From assembly GCA_963668025.2 (NCBI GenBank), contig CAXXTH010000017.1:64001-128000 (forward strand): 64,000 nucleotides of DNA. Direction: 5' to 3'. The translations under genes and the position numbers were made by a program. Under the pieces are notes generated by a model that searched no databases, had not been told where the DNA came from, and saw nothing but the letters and a program-made list of their open reading frames with translations. This document shows positions 37,674 to 47,568 of the stretch, piece by piece; position 1 is the stretch's first letter, and each line of letters begins with the position of its first letter. Source of the stretch: Candidatus Hydrogenedentota bacterium (lineage in GTDB: Bacteria > Hydrogenedentota > Hydrogenedentia > Hydrogenedentales > SLHB01).

Positions 37674-38027
37674 AAATCGAATGGGGCGGACATCGCTCCG
37701 GTTGCTATTCCCCCCTTGTCGGAACAGCAACAGCAACGGCTGGGCGAGATGTTTCGCCTGCTGGGCGAGCCCAGCCGCTTGCGCATTCTGCTGGCTTGCC
37801 AGGAAACGCCCCGGTGCGTATGCGACATTGCCCAAGAATCCGGCTTGTCGCCCTCGCTGGTGAGCCAGCATCTCCGTTTGTTGCGTGCGGGCAACCTGGT
37901 GGCGTGCGAGCGCGACGGCAAACATGTGTTTTACCGCGTGGCCGACAGGCACGTGTTTCAAATGCTATCGGTGATGGCCGAACATGCAAACCACGAGTGG
38001 CGCGAGCCCTTAGAGGAGCTGGAATAA
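37653..38027 (+). CDS. ArsR/SmtB family metal-sensing repressor
   Basis: Pattern FRLLGEPSRLRIL...CVCDIA...SLVSQHLRLLR...RDGKHVFY..D.H, with C-terminal EH..HE. Confidence 0.9.
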   Translation: MNSNAYVKSNGADIAPVAIPPLSEQQQQRLGEMFRLLGEPSRLRILLACQETPRCVCDIAQESGLSPSLVSQHLRLLRAGNLVACERDGKHVFYRVADRHVFQMLSVMAEHANHEWREPLEELE

Positions 38028-38028
38028 G

Positions 38029-38196
38029 ATGAAAGTGCAATGTGCGTGTACAGCGTGCTCCACTGAAATGGAAAAGGAAGAGGCGTTTGAAAAAGATGGC
38101 CTCTATTATTGCGGCGAAGATTGTGTCACCGCTGGGCACGATACCAAGGCCCAAACCAGCGGCTGTGGCCATCCGAAATGCGAATGCGCTTCATGA
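38029..38196 (+). CDS. smtA: Bacterial metallothionein, SmtA/BmtA type (not in the ORF track)
   Basis: MKVQCACTACSTEMEKEEAFEKDGLYYCGEDCVTAGHDTKAQTSGCGHPKCECAS matches the CAC..C / GLYYC...C..GH / GCGH..C.C pattern. RBS GAGGAG. Confidence 0.88.
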   Translation: MKVQCACTACSTEMEKEEAFEKDGLYYCGEDCVTAGHDTKAQTSGCGHPKCECAS

Positions 38197-38397
38197 AACC
38201 AAATAGTTTGCGCCAGCAGTACCGCGCGAAGCCTGGCAAGTATAGCAGTGCTTTATGTGTTATATTATTAATAATTTAGAACTCTCGCCACGGGAACACA
38301 CAGAGTACCTAAATAGGTTTCGGCTCCACCGGCAGCATGGGTGGTAAAAACCTGTTCGCTCAATTTCTTCGAGTGTATAGATAGCTGGCCGCCGAAT

Positions 38398-39033
38398 TTA
38401 TTCGGCGGCGGGTAGCGCTTCGGCGTCGAAAGCTATGGCGTCGGCCTGCACGGGCACATTCCAGAAATGAGTATCGAGAAAGCGCTGCCACACGGTAAGT
38501 TGATCGGCTGGAACACGCATGCCGAAGCGCGGCAGCCATGCGGGCCGGACGGGCCGCCGTAGAAGGGGCATGCCCGCCTCTTCGGGGGTGCGGCTGCCTT
38601 TATGTACGTTGCACTTCATGCAGGCCACCACGAGATTCTCCCAGGATTCGCCTCCGCCGCGCGAGTGGGGAATGACGTGGTCAATCGTGAGCTGCGAGCG
38701 AGGCAAGAGCGTTCCGCAGTATTGGCACAGGTTGCGGTCACGCTCGAAGATACTCTGGCGGGAGAAACGCGCTTCGCATCGGATAAAATCATTGAAATGC
38801 GTGAGCAGGATTACTTCTGGAATGCGTACACGCAGGGTCGGGGTGTAAATGTGCCGGCCACGCAGGCCAGTCTGGGAGAGTTCGAGCCAGTCTTCGAATC
38901 CGTAAAGCGAGTAATCCTCGGGGTGTACCGCGCGGGCCATGCCAATGTAAAGAAGGCTCAGGGCGCGGCGGGCCGCCGTGATATGTACGGCTGCCCAGGA
39001 CTTGTTGAGGACGAGGACGTGCGTGTTCAACAT
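38398..39033 (-). CDS. HNH endonuclease (McrA-like HNH_5)
   Basis: Motifs VLVLN, IFERD..CQYC, TIDHVIP.SRGG, WENLVVAC..CN..KG.RTP. Confidence 0.92.
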   Translation of the reverse strand: MLNTHVLVLNKSWAAVHITAARRALSLLYIGMARAVHPEDYSLYGFEDWLELSQTGLRGRHIYTPTLRVRIPEVILLTHFNDFIRCEARFSRQSIFERDRNLCQYCGTLLPRSQLTIDHVIPHSRGGGESWENLVVACMKCNVHKGSRTPEEAGMPLLRRPVRPAWLPRFGMRVPADQLTVWQRFLDTHFWNVPVQADAIAFDAEALPAAE

Positions 39034-39138
39034 CGCAACGCCCCCCCCACGCGCAGGCGCAACGTTTGCCCGCGCGCCGACTCCGTACATCGGATTCCGG
39101 GATGCTCCCGGATTTTAGTACTTCGAGCGTTCTTTTGA

Positions 39139-39489
39139 CTACCCTTTCGACAAGGTATCGAGCTTGGTCCTTAGCTCGTTAAGCGCCAATTTAAGCTCCA
39201 AATGCTGCCCCTCGAGCCGGGCTTGATATCGGGATATGCCCGCACCCAATAGCAGCACCACGGCCACTACAAAAAGCCCTGTCATGAGCATGATATCGGT
39301 GGCGCCTTCGCTAGGCGGATTCTCCGCCGCACCGGACAACACTTGTTTCAAAAACCATAAAGCCCCTAGAAGGGCCGCGATGAAGCTGGCCAGATTGACA
39401 TACCAGCCGAAACGGAATAAACGCCACGTGCGCTCGCCTCGTTCTTCGGTAAGCCGTTCCACCGCGTTCTCCTCATGATCTTCATGCAC
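39139..39489 (-). CDS. Small two-TM hypothetical protein
   Basis: Two hydrophobic helices and a coiled-coil-like tail. Confidence 0.6.
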   Translation of the reverse strand: MHEDHEENAVERLTEERGERTWRLFRFGWYVNLASFIAALLGALWFLKQVLSGAAENPPSEGATDIMLMTGLFVVAVVLLLGAGISRYQARLEGQHLELKLALNELRTKLDTLSKG

Positions 39490-39597
39490 GCAAGGCTCCG
39501 CCGCCCCATACCCGCTACGCTGAGTATAGGACTCCGTTCAAAATGCTGTCAAATTAATCTTGCATGAGGCTTTGCATCAGAAAAGGCGTCCGTCCGC

Positions 39598-41751
39598 CTA
39601 AAACTCCGCTTGCGGCGTGAGCTTGAATCCCGCATACCGGTATAATCTGCTGATGGTGTAAGTTTTCAGCAGCGTATGGCCGCGCCGCACCTCGACCGTT
39701 TTCAGGCATTCGCCGCGCTCGAAGACATTCAACTCCACGAGGCCATCGATCCATAATTGCGCCTTTTCGAGTCCGCCACCCGTGACAAACAAGGCGTCGC
39801 GCCCCTTGAGCTTTTCCCAGCCGCCCCATAAATCATACTGGTTTTGCCTGCGCTCGTACGGGAAACAATAGGCCTTTGGCCGGCCTGAAGTGTAATAAGA
39901 CAGCCATGCCGTGAGCTGGTATCGGTCGCTAAACAGGAAGGGGCCATTCTTGGAGTCGCCCGCCAGCCCTTCGAGCGCCTGGCCGATCTCCCGACCCCCG
40001 CGCATCTTGTCCGTCGGGTCCATATCCGGGTTTATACGCAACGGGCCGATATAGATGCGGTCTTCCCGCTCGCTGGGCTGGGGCGCGCGGCCCAAGGCAT
40101 AAAGCGCATCCGTGGAGCGCCCGATAACGCCTATTAAGCATCCAAGGATAAGGGCCGCCGCCAGCCACTTGCGCGCGTGTCCGCCGCGCGGCTGGGAAGT
40201 CCATGCCCAACCCAGGGCGATGGCCGCCGACAAGTAGGCCGCTATAGGCCAATTGGGCTCGGGATCGCGCACCAGCGCGACCAGGGCGTAAAACACGAAT
40301 AGCGCTCCGCCGCAGAGGACCAGATAAACGGCGTCCGTGTTTTGGCGGAAACAGCGCAGGCACCACCACCAGGCCCAGAAAAAAAAGCCGAAGAGTAATG
40401 GCGACACGATGCCTGCCTGTGCTCCCCAGAATTCGCCGATGCGCTGGAGGAGATGCGAGGCTTTCGCGCCTTCGCCCGCGCCGATGCTCGCCGTATGGCG
40501 GAACGACACCCAGTCATGCTCATAGTTCCAATACAGCACGCCGGAGAGACAGAGCAGGCTAATCAGCAAGGCGATATAAGGGCCGCGTGTCCGAAGCAGC
40601 TTCCGCTCCGCCACGAGCAGATGGAGCGCGAACGAAACCATGAGCAGCGCCATGGTGTATTTTGACAGAAGGCCCAGCCCGAGCGCGAAGCCGGTGAGCG
40701 CCCACATGCCCCAATCACCCTTAATAGCGCGGTGGAAAGCATACATCGCCAGCGCCCAGAAAAAGAGCAGCACAGGATCAATGGTCATAATGACGGACCC
40801 GGCCCACGACGCGGGCATAGCTATGGCCGATACGGCCGCGATAAGGGCGGCGCGCTCATTGCGGGCGATCCGCAGCGTGAGGGCGTACACCAGGGCCAAT
40901 GCACCCGAGGTGAACAAGATGGCCCCCGTGCGCAGCGACCATTCCTGATTGCCGCCCGCACTCGTGAATAGGTGCATGACATACGCGATCATGGGCGGCT
41001 TGCTGTAGTATCCCAAGGCCAGCCGCCGAGACCAATCCCAATACTGGGCCTCATCGCCCGCCAAATCGAATAGATTGAGATGGACATAGATAAAATTCAT
41101 GGCGGTCCACCCACCGAGTAGCCAATAAAACAGCACGCGCTCCCGGGGGGGGCTGGGCCGGGGCGCTTCTATTTCGGAGGCTTGCCCCCAGATGCGGCGA
41201 ACGGCCCAAAAACAGAGATTAATAGATACGAACGCGCATAGGGAGCCCCAAGCATAGCCCGCGAGCACCTGGGAGGGGTAGTGGTTGCCGGTATAAATGC
41301 GAGATAACCCCACCAATAGCGCCAGCGGAACCGTCACCCATAATGTGCGGCGGCTCAGAAAGGCCAGCACAACGGCAATCATGGCCATGTTCGAAGCATG
41401 CGAGGAAGGAAAGCCGAAACTCCGGCGCGGGTCGTGGGCATACCATACTGACTGGTATTCGGTCCATTCGCCATTTCGGTGCAGATGCACCAGCTCCACA
41501 TCGCCATAAGGCCGGTTCTGCTGCACCAGATTCTTGATAACCTTCTCGGAGCCGGTATCAGACAACGCCAAGCCTATCAATAACACCAGCATGCAGGTGC
41601 GCACGTAGCGCCCCCCGAAATAAAAGAGCACAATCAACGCCATAAGCCCCGGCAGCACGACGAAATCTTTGTCGGACAACACCGGCATAAGCTGGTCGAG
41701 CAAGGGGCAGCGCATCGAATCATTGATGAGTTTAAACAGCGCCGTATCCAT
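39598..41751 (-). CDS. PAP2 phosphatase fused to a GT-C (ArnT/PMT-like) glycosyltransferase
   Basis: PAP2 motifs K......RP, FPSSHA and SRIYTGNHYP, followed by DEAQYW.WS..L..GYYSKPP and LSKYT. Confidence 0.88.
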   Translation of the reverse strand: MDTALFKLINDSMRCPLLDQLMPVLSDKDFVVLPGLMALIVLFYFGGRYVRTCMLVLLIGLALSDTGSEKVIKNLVQQNRPYGDVELVHLHRNGEWTEYQSVWYAHDPRRSFGFPSSHASNMAMIAVVLAFLSRRTLWVTVPLALLVGLSRIYTGNHYPSQVLAGYAWGSLCAFVSINLCFWAVRRIWGQASEIEAPRPSPPRERVLFYWLLGGWTAMNFIYVHLNLFDLAGDEAQYWDWSRRLALGYYSKPPMIAYVMHLFTSAGGNQEWSLRTGAILFTSGALALVYALTLRIARNERAALIAAVSAIAMPASWAGSVIMTIDPVLLFFWALAMYAFHRAIKGDWGMWALTGFALGLGLLSKYTMALLMVSFALHLLVAERKLLRTRGPYIALLISLLCLSGVLYWNYEHDWVSFRHTASIGAGEGAKASHLLQRIGEFWGAQAGIVSPLLFGFFFWAWWWCLRCFRQNTDAVYLVLCGGALFVFYALVALVRDPEPNWPIAAYLSAAIALGWAWTSQPRGGHARKWLAAALILGCLIGVIGRSTDALYALGRAPQPSEREDRIYIGPLRINPDMDPTDKMRGGREIGQALEGLAGDSKNGPFLFSDRYQLTAWLSYYTSGRPKAYCFPYERRQNQYDLWGGWEKLKGRDALFVTGGGLEKAQLWIDGLVELNVFERGECLKTVEVRRGHTLLKTYTISRLYRYAGFKLTPQAEF

Positions 41752-42010
41752 GCCGGGAGTATACGGGACTGAGGACGCCGGACGCCAGATTTTCCCAAAA
41801 ACCGGATTGCCCCGATAAGCGGAATGGAATGGCCTGCGAGCGTATGTACTGGATACATCGATAATGAACTTCTAACGCATTTCTAACAAAATTTGACTTT
41901 TTAGGCCTGGAACCCAATACTGATAGCCATTCCAAGGCAGTGTGCCTTGCTTTTGGGAGCGCAGTAGCGCGTTGTGGGCTGCGCTGGGCGTCAATTCAGA
42001 CAGGTTCCTC

Positions 42011-44479
42011 ATGCGAAATCGATTGCGGCTCTTGATCTACGGGTGTGTGTGTGCGCTGATTCCATGTCTTTCGGGATGTATGTCTTCAAGCGGCCTTGCC
42101 GCCGACCGCATCCGAGTGGATACTTATGCGGGCGGCGACAACCAATGCGGCATGTATGGCGAGCCGCTGGCCAAGCCGTTACGGGTGATGGTCGAGAGCG
42201 CTGTCCAGCCAGGGCTTCTGGGAGGCGAAGGGGAACGCCATCCCGTTCGCGACACGGCGGTGACATTCCAAATATTGGATGAATCAAGCGGTGCGGTGTT
42301 CGTAGACAGCAACACCTCCACACTCAAGACCACGACCGACGCGGGCGGTATTGCCCAAGCGCTCGTACGCCTAGGAGATAAGCCGGGCGATGTGCGGATA
42401 TCGGCTGCTGTCGACACAGCGGCAGGACCGAAAACCGTAGAGATGCGGGCTGTCGCCGGCGTGGAGTCGTCTAATACGGATCTCGAAGGCTATACCGGCC
42501 AAGTGCTGGAAGACGTAGGCATCGTGCTGTATGACGCGCCAGGCCATCCCGCCTCGGGCGTAACGGTATATTTCCATGTGGAAGGGAATAACAGCAGTTC
42601 TTTCGTCAAGCCAGCGATGGCCGTCACGGATGAATCAGGACGCGCCAAGACCACATGGACTCTGGGCTCGGATAGCCAGCAGTATTTTCTAAATGCGGAA
42701 ATACAAGACAACCGGCTGAACATTCCCGCGGAACGCCAGTTTCATGCGCGGCAGATCTCGATAGAGGCCATGGCTATCAACAAGATGAACATGGCCGTCA
42801 TCCTCATCGGCGGCCTTGCGCTCTTTATTTATGGTATGAAGCTCATGTCGAATGGCCTTCAGCGCATGGCGGACCGGCGCTTAAAGAAAATTCTGAACGC
42901 GGTCACCCGCAACCGCTGGCTCGCCGTGGGCGTGGGAACTCTTGTCACCTCCATCATTCAATCATCAAGCGCTACTACGGTCATGGTAGTGGGATTTGTC
43001 AATGCGGGCTTGCTGACGCTGGCGCAAGCGATTGGCGTGGTGTATGGCGCGAATATCGGCACCACCGTCACGGCGCAGATCATCGCATTTAATCTAGATC
43101 AAATGGCCTATCCCGCCATTGCTGTTGGGCTCATACTAGCTTGCCTGGCCAAGCGCCCCGCATGGCAGGCATTTGGCGAAGGCATGCTCGGCTTCGGCCT
43201 CCTCTTCCTTGGCATGACCACCATGTCGGATGTGCTCAAACCCATGCGCTACAGCCCAGAATTCAGTTCGTGGTTCCAAACGTTTGATTGTTCGCCCATC
43301 GGAGGCGTCATCCCTTGGCGCGCCGCTTTAATGTCCATCGTCATCGGCACCGCCACCACGATGGTCGTGCAATCCAGCTCGGCGACGGTAGGGCTCGTGA
43401 TGGCCCTCTCCGGGCAGGGGCTATTATCATTCTACACGGCCTTCGCGTTGGTCTTAGGTGACAACATCGGCACCACCATCACCGCCCAGCTCGCGGCGCT
43501 CGGGGCCAACCGCAACTCGAAGCGCGCCGCCATGGCCCATACCTTATTCAATACGGTTGGCGCCACCTATATGTATATACTGCTCTTTCTACCACTATGG
43601 AATGGCCAGCCCGTGTTTTTGGGCTTCATCGATTACATCACGCCGGGCGAAGTATTCGCGGCTGTGCCGGAGAATATCACGCGCCATATCGCCAACGCCC
43701 ACTCCATGTTTAATGTCTTTAACTGCATTCTGTTCACACCCTTCATCGGGCTCATGGTAAAACTGTGCTCGCGCATCATACCCATGAAAGATGCCCCCCA
43801 GGAGACCCTGTTCAGATATCTCGAACCGCATTTGCTCCATACGCCCTCGTTGGCGCTGGCCCAAGCGGTGAATGAAGTGTCGTATATGGTGCGGCGCGCC
43901 CAGAAATCCATCGAAGAAGCCTGCGAATTGTTCCACGGCGGTTCGGTTGAACTCGAACCGCGCATACTCGAGCGGGAGAAAAACATCGACCGTTTGCAGA
44001 AAGAAATCACGTCGTATCTCGTGGGCATTTCACGTGAAAGCTTGACTCCCGAAGAGGCGGCCTTGATTCCTAAGCTCATTCACGCGGTGAACGACGCCGA
44101 ACGCATAGGCGATCATTCGGAGGACATTGTGAAGCTCTCCCATATCATGCGGGAGAATGAATATGCGTTCACGCCTACGGCGAAAGAAGACATGCGCCAG
44201 CTCGAGACCCTCGTGGCGGAGCAATTCGAGGCCTCGATCAATGTCCTCAATGGCGGCAATATGGAAGAAGCCAAGCGGGCAAAACGAAACGAAGCCGCCA
44301 TCACGGAACTGATGGCCCGCATTTCGGAAAACCATGTGGCCCGCCTGGAATCGGGCGAGTGCGACGCCCAAACAGGCGTCATCTTCCTGGATTACGTCGC
44401 CCACTTGGAGCGCATTGGCGATCACCTCATCAATGTGGCGAAACGGGCAAAGAAGGTTCTCCAAGTGACGGAATCGTGA
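42011..44479 (+). CDS. Na/Pi cotransporter with N-terminal Ig-like repeats and C-terminal PhoU domains
   Basis: Lipobox-like LSGC, TTDAGGIA and VTDESGRA repeats, two QSSSA...NIGTT motifs and two ERIGDH motifs. Confidence 0.9.
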   Translation: MRNRLRLLIYGCVCALIPCLSGCMSSSGLAADRIRVDTYAGGDNQCGMYGEPLAKPLRVMVESAVQPGLLGGEGERHPVRDTAVTFQILDESSGAVFVDSNTSTLKTTTDAGGIAQALVRLGDKPGDVRISAAVDTAAGPKTVEMRAVAGVESSNTDLEGYTGQVLEDVGIVLYDAPGHPASGVTVYFHVEGNNSSSFVKPAMAVTDESGRAKTTWTLGSDSQQYFLNAEIQDNRLNIPAERQFHARQISIEAMAINKMNMAVILIGGLALFIYGMKLMSNGLQRMADRRLKKILNAVTRNRWLAVGVGTLVTSIIQSSSATTVMVVGFVNAGLLTLAQAIGVVYGANIGTTVTAQIIAFNLDQMAYPAIAVGLILACLAKRPAWQAFGEGMLGFGLLFLGMTTMSDVLKPMRYSPEFSSWFQTFDCSPIGGVIPWRAALMSIVIGTATTMVVQSSSATVGLVMALSGQGLLSFYTAFALVLGDNIGTTITAQLAALGANRNSKRAAMAHTLFNTVGATYMYILLFLPLWNGQPVFLGFIDYITPGEVFAAVPENITRHIANAHSMFNVFNCILFTPFIGLMVKLCSRIIPMKDAPQETLFRYLEPHLLHTPSLALAQAVNEVSYMVRRAQKSIEEACELFHGGSVELEPRILEREKNIDRLQKEITSYLVGISRESLTPEEAALIPKLIHAVNDAERIGDHSEDIVKLSHIMRENEYAFTPTAKEDMRQLETLVAEQFEASINVLNGGNMEEAKRAKRNEAAITELMARISENHVARLESGECDAQTGVIFLDYVAHLERIGDHLINVAKRAKKVLQVTES

Positions 44480-44527
44480 TATGCTCACGGTATGGAGAAG
44501 CCGTTTATAGTGTGAAGGAGCGAATTC

Positions 44528-46294
44528 ATGGCGCGTAGAAGCTTGCTTTGGCAAATCTCAGTGCCATTCATTGTTATTTTGCTCTTATCGTTGTGCGCGG
44601 CCACCTGGTATGCCGTCCATTCCACGGATGCGCTCTACCGGGGCCGCATCGTCGATGACCTCGAATCACGCGCCCGGCTATTCAGCAGCATCGTGGTCCA
44701 AATGCTTCAAGAAGGGCGGGTTGCCGAAATCGATCCGCTGTGTGAACAGCTTGGACGTGAAGCCGCCACCCGCCTCACCGTGATCCTGCCATCCGGCCAA
44801 GTCATCGGCGATACGCAAGAAAAGGCAGACCGCATGGAGAACCATGCGAGCCGCCCGGAAATCGCAGAAGCGCTGCGCGGGAAAATCGGGAAGGCTTCCC
44901 GGCTAAGCTCCACCGTAAACGAATATTTTCAGTATGTAGCGGTTCCCATCATGGACCAGGGCCGTGTGGCGGTGGTGATCCGGGCTTCGACGCCTCTGCC
45001 CGCCATCGGCATGGCGATACGAAGCGCGTTCGCCCACATGGCCGTGGCCAGTTTTATCATCGCCATCATCGCCGCAAGCGCGGGCATATCTGTTTTCCGC
45101 AGGATGAACCGGGATGTGCGCGCTATTGCCGAGGGAATGGAGCGGTTCGCTAAAGGCGAACTCGATAGCCATATTGCCCCGCCTTCGGTGGAAGAGCTTT
45201 GCGTGATCACCAGCACCGCCAACCGCATGGCCACGGAACTAAACGACCAGATCCAACTGATCACCCAGCAGCGCAATGAGTTGGATGCGATTCTGCTGAG
45301 CCTCGAAGATGCGATGATCGTGGTGGATCTCGAACAGCGCATCCTTCGCATGAACCGCACCGCCGCCAGCATATTGCGCGCGGACCCCATCAATATAGAT
45401 GGGAAACCCTTGTTCGAGCTCGTGCGGAGCACCGCGCTATTGCGCCGCCTTGAACAATTGCTCGCAGGCAAAGACCAGCCGGAAGATGAATTGCTCATGG
45501 TGGTTTTGGAAGAGCGTTCCTACCGGGTGCGCGGCGCTACGCTGCGCGGCTTGAAGGATGATTGCGAAGGCGCTGTGCTCATTCTCACGGATGTCACCAA
45601 TCTACGGAAGATGGAACAGGTCCATCGGGAATTGCTTTCAAACGCCGCGCATGAACTCAAAACACCCATCACCGCCATTCAAGGGTATGCGGAGACACTG
45701 CTCGAGCCTTCCATGGAAGAAGCCGACCGGCAATCTTTTCTCCAAACGCTGTTGCAACAAGCCAAACGCATGGGCGCGTTGGTCGATGATCTGCTGCTCG
45801 TGTCGCGCCTGGACTCCGAACGCGAACAAGGCCTTCTCGACGCGGACTATGCGCCACTGTCCGGCCTGCTCGGCAACGCCATTGAAACCTGCCAAGACAT
45901 GGCCAAAACCCGTGGCGTCACGGTGTCATGCGCCTGTGAGGAAGGCCTTGAAGCCAGAGTGGATGCGCGCTTGCTCGAACAAGCCGTGGCGCAGTTGCTC
46001 GCCAACGCCATCCAGCACAGCGAACCGGGCGGCGTGGTGGAAGTTAGCGCCATGCGCGGAGGCGCCAGCATCACGATTGGGGTCGAAGATCACGGGAAAG
46101 GCATTGATGCGTCTCATTTGCACCGCTTGTTCGATACGTTCTACCGGGTGGACAGTTCGCGCAGCCGCGCGCTTGGTGGAACGGGCCTGGGGCTTGCCAT
46201 CGTGAAACGGGTCGCCAGTGTGCATGGAGGCCGTGTATCCGTGAGCAGCACGCCTGGGCGCGGTAGTGTTTTCGAGATTCATCTGCCCGTATGA
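44528..46294 (+). CDS. PhoR-like sensor histidine kinase (HAMP-PAS-HisKA-HATPase)
   Basis: Motifs MENH..RPEI, HELKTPIT, DHGKGI, FYRVD.SRSR and GTGLGLAIVK. Confidence 0.9.
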   Translation: MARRSLLWQISVPFIVILLLSLCAATWYAVHSTDALYRGRIVDDLESRARLFSSIVVQMLQEGRVAEIDPLCEQLGREAATRLTVILPSGQVIGDTQEKADRMENHASRPEIAEALRGKIGKASRLSSTVNEYFQYVAVPIMDQGRVAVVIRASTPLPAIGMAIRSAFAHMAVASFIIAIIAASAGISVFRRMNRDVRAIAEGMERFAKGELDSHIAPPSVEELCVITSTANRMATELNDQIQLITQQRNELDAILLSLEDAMIVVDLEQRILRMNRTAASILRADPINIDGKPLFELVRSTALLRRLEQLLAGKDQPEDELLMVVLEERSYRVRGATLRGLKDDCEGAVLILTDVTNLRKMEQVHRELLSNAAHELKTPITAIQGYAETLLEPSMEEADRQSFLQTLLQQAKRMGALVDDLLLVSRLDSEREQGLLDADYAPLSGLLGNAIETCQDMAKTRGVTVSCACEEGLEARVDARLLEQAVAQLLANAIQHSEPGGVVEVSAMRGGASITIGVEDHGKGIDASHLHRLFDTFYRVDSSRSRALGGTGLGLAIVKRVASVHGGRVSVSSTPGRGSVFEIHLPV

Positions 46295-46443
46295 GCATCC
46301 GCCATATAAATATGCGCGCATTCGCATAATCAACAATTTATACTTTCCTTCGCTAGAATAAATGTACGCCAGCTTATTGTTGAGCGGATAGGCTCATGGG
46401 CGTGCAGCATCCCATGAGCCGATGCAAAGCAAGGAGTTCCCAT

Positions 46444-47502
46444 ATGCCGCATCAAACAAAGGGCTTCACGCTGATCGAATTGTTGGTGGTGATCGCCATT
46501 ATCGCTATCCTGGCCGCTATTTTGCTTCCCGCACTCGCCCGCGCCCGGGAAGCCGCCCGCCGCGCAAGCTGCCAAAGCAATCTGAAACAGCTCGGGGTGG
46601 TGTTCGCCATGTATTCCGGCGAAAATAAGGGCAAATATCCTCCCACATACGGGATGGCGTATTATTACCGGGATTGCACCGGCAAGCCCGCCAATTATGA
46701 TGACTGCCGGATGCAAGATGAATTTGAATTATCTCCTGATCCGAAAAGCATCTATCCGGATTACCTGAACGATTTCCAAGTGCTGGTGTGCCCGTCCGCG
46801 CCCGATGCGGGGGAACCCGTCGAGGAGATGCTGGCGGTGATCTCGAGATATGACGCCAATGGCAAAACCTGCAAGTATGCCGGATACCCGGATAATCCGT
46901 CCGACAGTTATTTGTATATTGGCTGGTTGATGGATCGGTGTAGCGGGCCAGCGGATGATGCGGAGTTGCAAAGCAACTTTATTGATCTATCGTTGCTAGG
47001 CCTGGGAAACGCCGGTGAAAATCCGCCCATTCCCATTCAGATGGCCTCGGCTCTTATATTCTTGATGAGCCCATCGATTATGGCGGTGTTTCCGTTTCCG
47101 GGATTTCCCGCCCTTCCAAGCGCCTGTGGCTCTTATGCGGACGCCACGGCATTTTACAACAAGATATATGACAGTGATATCAGTCTTTCAGCGATATCAT
47201 CGCCATTCAACCGAGGCGGAAATGGCGGCGGCGCGACTCTTCAACGGCTGCGGGAGGGGGTGGAACGGTTCTTGATCACCGATATCAACAATCCTGCGGC
47301 GGGCGCGTCCGCCCAATCAACGATGACAGTGATGTTTGATATCGTCAATACGGATAGCAGTTCTGGCGCTTCATTCAATCATATCCCCGGTGGCGGCAAC
47401 GTCCTATATCTAGATGGGCATGTCGGATGGCTCAAGTATGAAGAAAACGGCGAATTCCCAATCAATGGCGGCATGGCCTCCACCGTGAACGCCGTGAACT
47501 GA
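46444..47502 (+). CDS. Prepilin-type N-terminal methylation / DUF1559 / H-X9-DG protein
   Basis: [42 protein letters not shown] and C-terminal [17 protein letters not shown]. Confidence 0.92.
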   Translation: MPHQTKGFTLIELLVVIAIIAILAAILLPALARAREAARRASCQSNLKQLGVVFAMYSGENKGKYPPTYGMAYYYRDCTGKPANYDDCRMQDEFELSPDPKSIYPDYLNDFQVLVCPSAPDAGEPVEEMLAVISRYDANGKTCKYAGYPDNPSDSYLYIGWLMDRCSGPADDAELQSNFIDLSLLGLGNAGENPPIPIQMASALIFLMSPSIMAVFPFPGFPALPSACGSYADATAFYNKIYDSDISLSAISSPFNRGGNGGGATLQRLREGVERFLITDINNPAAGASAQSTMTVMFDIVNTDSSSGASFNHIPGGGNVLYLDGHVGWLKYEENGEFPINGGMASTVNAVN

Positions 47503-47521
47503 AATGCACTGACATGATGAA

Positions 47522-47549
47522 AGGGGAATCTCCCGAAAGAGATTCCCCT
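47522..47549. terminator. Hairpin between convergent genes
   Basis: AGGGGAATCTC-CCGAAA-GAGATTCCCCT. Confidence 0.7.
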
Positions 47550-47568
47550 GTTGTGGTTTGGGATACGA

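Noticed and set aside
38398-39033. HNH gene as a Cas9/IscB, homing or defence system component
   Set aside because: It is a stand-alone HNH_5-type protein with no RuvC motifs, array, methylase or intron context.
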